The notes under the pieces were generated by a model. The model did no database searches and had not been told where the DNA came from. It was given only the letters and a program-made list of their open reading frames with translations. Source: a virus (taxonomy: Duplodnaviria; Caudoviricetes). From it: a stretch of 64,000 nt of DNA. Numbering within the stretch: the first letter of the stretch is position 1; every line of letters starts with the position of its first letter. This document shows positions 61,488 to 64,000 of the stretch, piece after piece. The position numbers and the translations under genes are program-made. Location of the stretch: IMG/VR virus record IMGVR_UViG_3300015615_000196, positions 32,001-96,000 of that record, one strand, 5' to 3'.

Positions 61488-62576
61488 ACTAAACCAAGTC
61501 TTCTCATAATGTCATTGTTTGACTCCATCACCAAGTAGATGCTTTGGAATCTCCAATAGTTACTTCTGTCTTTTCCTGCCTTGATGTCGTTCAATTTTTC
61601 TTTGAACTTTTCAATAACCTGCGGATGCTTCTTCGGCAACTTCAATTCTCTTGTGATGTTTTTCAAGAGGCCAAGAAGTTCACGATCTGCTTTCGTCTTG
61701 CTTCCTTGCTTACGACTTGCAGCAGCAAGCATTTGACGATACTTCGGAATTGCACGAACTTGTTCTTCGTTCAGTTGGTTCTCCGACATCAACTTTCGTA
61801 ACATCTTCGCCTCATTTTTATTGGGCAAGTGTACGTCAGGTGGCAGCGATAATTTCAGTTGGTGTCTCGGATCGTTGCTAAAATTTCTGTAGTAACCATT
61901 CTCTTCATCGTCCAGATACATTGCTCTTTAATTTATATGTGAAAACTCGTTCAAGTATTTCCTTCAATTCATTGCCTTTATCAACATGAATCATATTCCA
62001 AAGAATCATGTCGATATGTCCACCAACATTCTTATCTGTTTTGAATGAACGTTTTCGAGTTGAAAGATCGAGAAATCTTTTGTATTCATCATTGAAAAGT
62101 TGACCCACAACTTTTGATTCTTTCACGTATTCTTCTTTTGATACTTTGTTTAAAAGAAACCTATACTCTGCCAGTTCATTTTCAGTTAAACTTTCGTCAC
62201 GCTTACGAAAAACGCCATTGAAAAAATCAGTCTGTCTTACTGATTTATGGAAAGAATGAAACCATTCTTTTTTACCTGATTTTTTATAGTAGGAATCTTT
62301 TCCTGTCGCAACATCTTTGAGATATTGAAGATATGTCTCCAATTCGGATGGCTCGATCAATGAAAAAAGATGATGGTAGATTGCAACCAGAGAACCAAAA
62401 TCGTGGATTCTTTCTTGAGCCTTTTTCAGTTCGAACATTAGGGCTTCTTGAAGTGGAAACCGCTCTGGCTGGTTAATTTTTGGGTTTTTCATGATGGTAT
62501 ACGTATGTACTGCAATATACGTAAATTCATCAGAAAAGTTATTCCAAGACGAAAATTAACATTCTGATTTGAGTAG

Positions 62577-62650
62577 TACCCCGTGAGAGAATCGAACTCC
62601 CGACCTTCTGTTTGTAAGACAGACGTTCTAAACCACTGAACTAACGGGGC
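62577..62650 (-). tRNA. tRNA-Val(TAC)
   Basis: Loop CUUACAA. Confidence 0.92.
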
Positions 62651-62877
62651 ATCTTTTTTCTTTCTTCCATCAACTGTGCCATGAAATCTGCAATGTCTCG
62701 AAGACAAGTTTTTTCAAAGACAGTATGTTCTGCCGGATAAAAAGAATATTGTCGAAATGAACCAAACCAACGTACAGTGCCGAGAACTACACCGTTCTCT
62801 TTATTCTGTACCACAAACACTTTTGTTTTCCTATCAGGAAAATCTTGTTCGATGAATTCAATCCATTTAGCCATATG

Positions 62878-62950
62878 TAGTCCGGGTGGGACTCGAACCC
62901 ACGATAGCTGCTTTGTAGGAGCAGTGCTTTTGCCACTAAGCTACCAGACT
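62878..62950 (-). tRNA. tRNA-Val(TAC), C33
   Basis: Loop CCUACAA. Confidence 0.85.
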
Positions 62951-63049
62951 ATGTAACAGCATACTTCATTCAGAGCCGTCAATCAAGACGATCCCAAGCG
63001 GGAGCCGAGTCCGTTTAAGAAGTTTCCAGCTTTACGCAAACTGTTATTG

Positions 63050-63120
63050 TACCCGATGAAAGAATCGAACTTTCGTACTTCGCATGTCAAACGAATACTC
63101 TTCCATTGAGTTAATCGGGC
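63050..63120 (-). tRNA. tRNA-Val(GAC)
   Basis: Loop UUGACAU. Confidence 0.85.
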
Positions 63121-63125
63121 ATATG

Positions 63126-63210
63126 CGGTGAATTAAGGACTCGAACCTCGCCTCCCTTTTTGCGCTTAGGGTATGCTACCTATCCCGAAGGACAATTACA
63201 CTAAATCACC
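63126..63210 (-). tRNA. Atypical tRNA-like RNA (enlarged D and anticodon loops)
   Basis: GGUGA/UCACC acceptor, T-loop GGUUCGAGUCC, 10-nt anticodon-position loop. Confidence 0.45.
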
Positions 63211-63279
63211 ATTTGGAACAATCGAAACTGTTCGAACTACTTTGACTACGTGTCTAAGTTGTTCCGATTATTTCCGTTG

Positions 63280-63352
63280 TAGCGGGTGTGGGACTTGCAC
63301 CACACGACCTCAAGGTTATGAGCCTTGCGAGATACTACTTCTCCAACCCGCG
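63280..63352 (-). tRNA. tRNA-fMet(CAT)
   Basis: C1:U72 mismatch; loop CUCAUAA. Confidence 0.85.
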
Positions 63353-63429
63353 ATATAATGTTGTCTTTCCAACTGCCAATAGTCTCAATTCTGTACGTCA
63401 TTCAGGTAGAGCACTACACCACCTTATTG

Positions 63430-63520
63430 TAGCGGGGGTGGGAATCGAACCCACGAGGTCAATTTTTTTAGACACAAGGTTATGAGCCTTGACTGCTACC
63501 GTCTACAGGGCTACCCCGCG
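63430..63520 (-). tRNA. tRNA-fMet(CAT)-like with long variable arm
   Basis: C1:U72; loop CUCAUAA; GUC-uaaaaaaauu-GAC extra arm. Confidence 0.7.
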
Positions 63521-63760
63521 ATATAATTTTAATGACTTCACTTTTCTTTCCACACTTGTGACAAACATATTGAAATTCACTCCAACGTTTCTCTGTGAAA
63601 ATATTTCTGAATTCAACTCTTCCTAATGGTGTGTAAATCATTGGTAGATTACAATCAACACATTTCATTGAATCTCCCGCAGGAGTTATCGTCAATGGAA
63701 TGTAAGGTATAAACCAATATCCACAAGAAAAAATTTCTTTCAATGTGAAACCTTTCATAG

Positions 63761-63840
63761 TATCGACAAGGGGAATCGAACCTCCGGCCACTTCCAAAGA
63801 AACAGAAGCCACAAGCACCACTTGTGTATTGATTGTCGAA
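63761..63840 (-). tRNA. Degenerate tRNA-like RNA
   Basis: Acceptor UCGACA/UGUCGA and T-arm; anticodon unclear. Confidence 0.4.
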
Positions 63841-63841
63841 G

Positions 63842-63913
63842 TAGCGATACACAGAATCGAACTGTGGTTTTCCCCTTATGAGAGGGACGTACTGGCCGTT
63901 GTACTATATCGCT
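63842..63913 (-). tRNA. tRNA-Met/Ile2(CAT)
   Basis: Paired 1:72; loop CUCAUAA. Confidence 0.88.
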
Positions 63914-64000
63914 ATATATCTCCGTTGCCGGAGAATATGTTTAATGTTCTTTTGGTGTTGTCTCACCAGCACTACCTTTTACGTTACCGTGATCCGTAGA

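Noticed and set aside
1-64000. Genome-wide TAG recoding (code 15)
   Set aside because: Long genes are uninterrupted in code 11 and several end cleanly in TAG (e.g. at 11046, 37593); in-frame TAGs were seen only in the 19603-20026 operon

Overview
A gene-dense, AT-rich segment of a large (jumbo-type) bacteriophage genome. The host is most likely Bacteroidota, judged from TAnnTTTG promoters, the absence of Shine-Dalgarno sites and a Bacteroidota-like ribosomal protein bL12. The genetic code is standard and most genes lie on the minus strand. The window is dominated by translation and RNA-repair functions: about 50 tRNA or tRNA-like genes in three arrays, Thg1, three RNA ligase-family proteins, PNKP, two Pth2-like hydrolases, bL12 and ClpP. 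It also carries a full NAD+ salvage operon (NadM-Nudix, NAMPT, Prs, NrtR), nucleotide enzymes and an ABC/OmpA membrane operon. Main findings not in the ORF track: (1) Two tRNA arrays are each preceded by a short leader ORF whose codons match the tRNAs downstream, with an antiterminator and a shared terminator; this looks like ribosome-mediated attenuation that senses tRNA depletion. (2) An amber-suppressor tRNA(CUA) occurs together with a Pth2-like gene and a mini-ORF (MKKL*IIERPP*) that each carry an in-frame TAG. (3) A ~194-nt minimal RNase P RNA lacks most of the specificity domain. (4) Two circularly permuted, Y-RNA-like tRNA mimics flank the suppressor tRNA. All calls are by eye from sequence motifs; no database searches were run.
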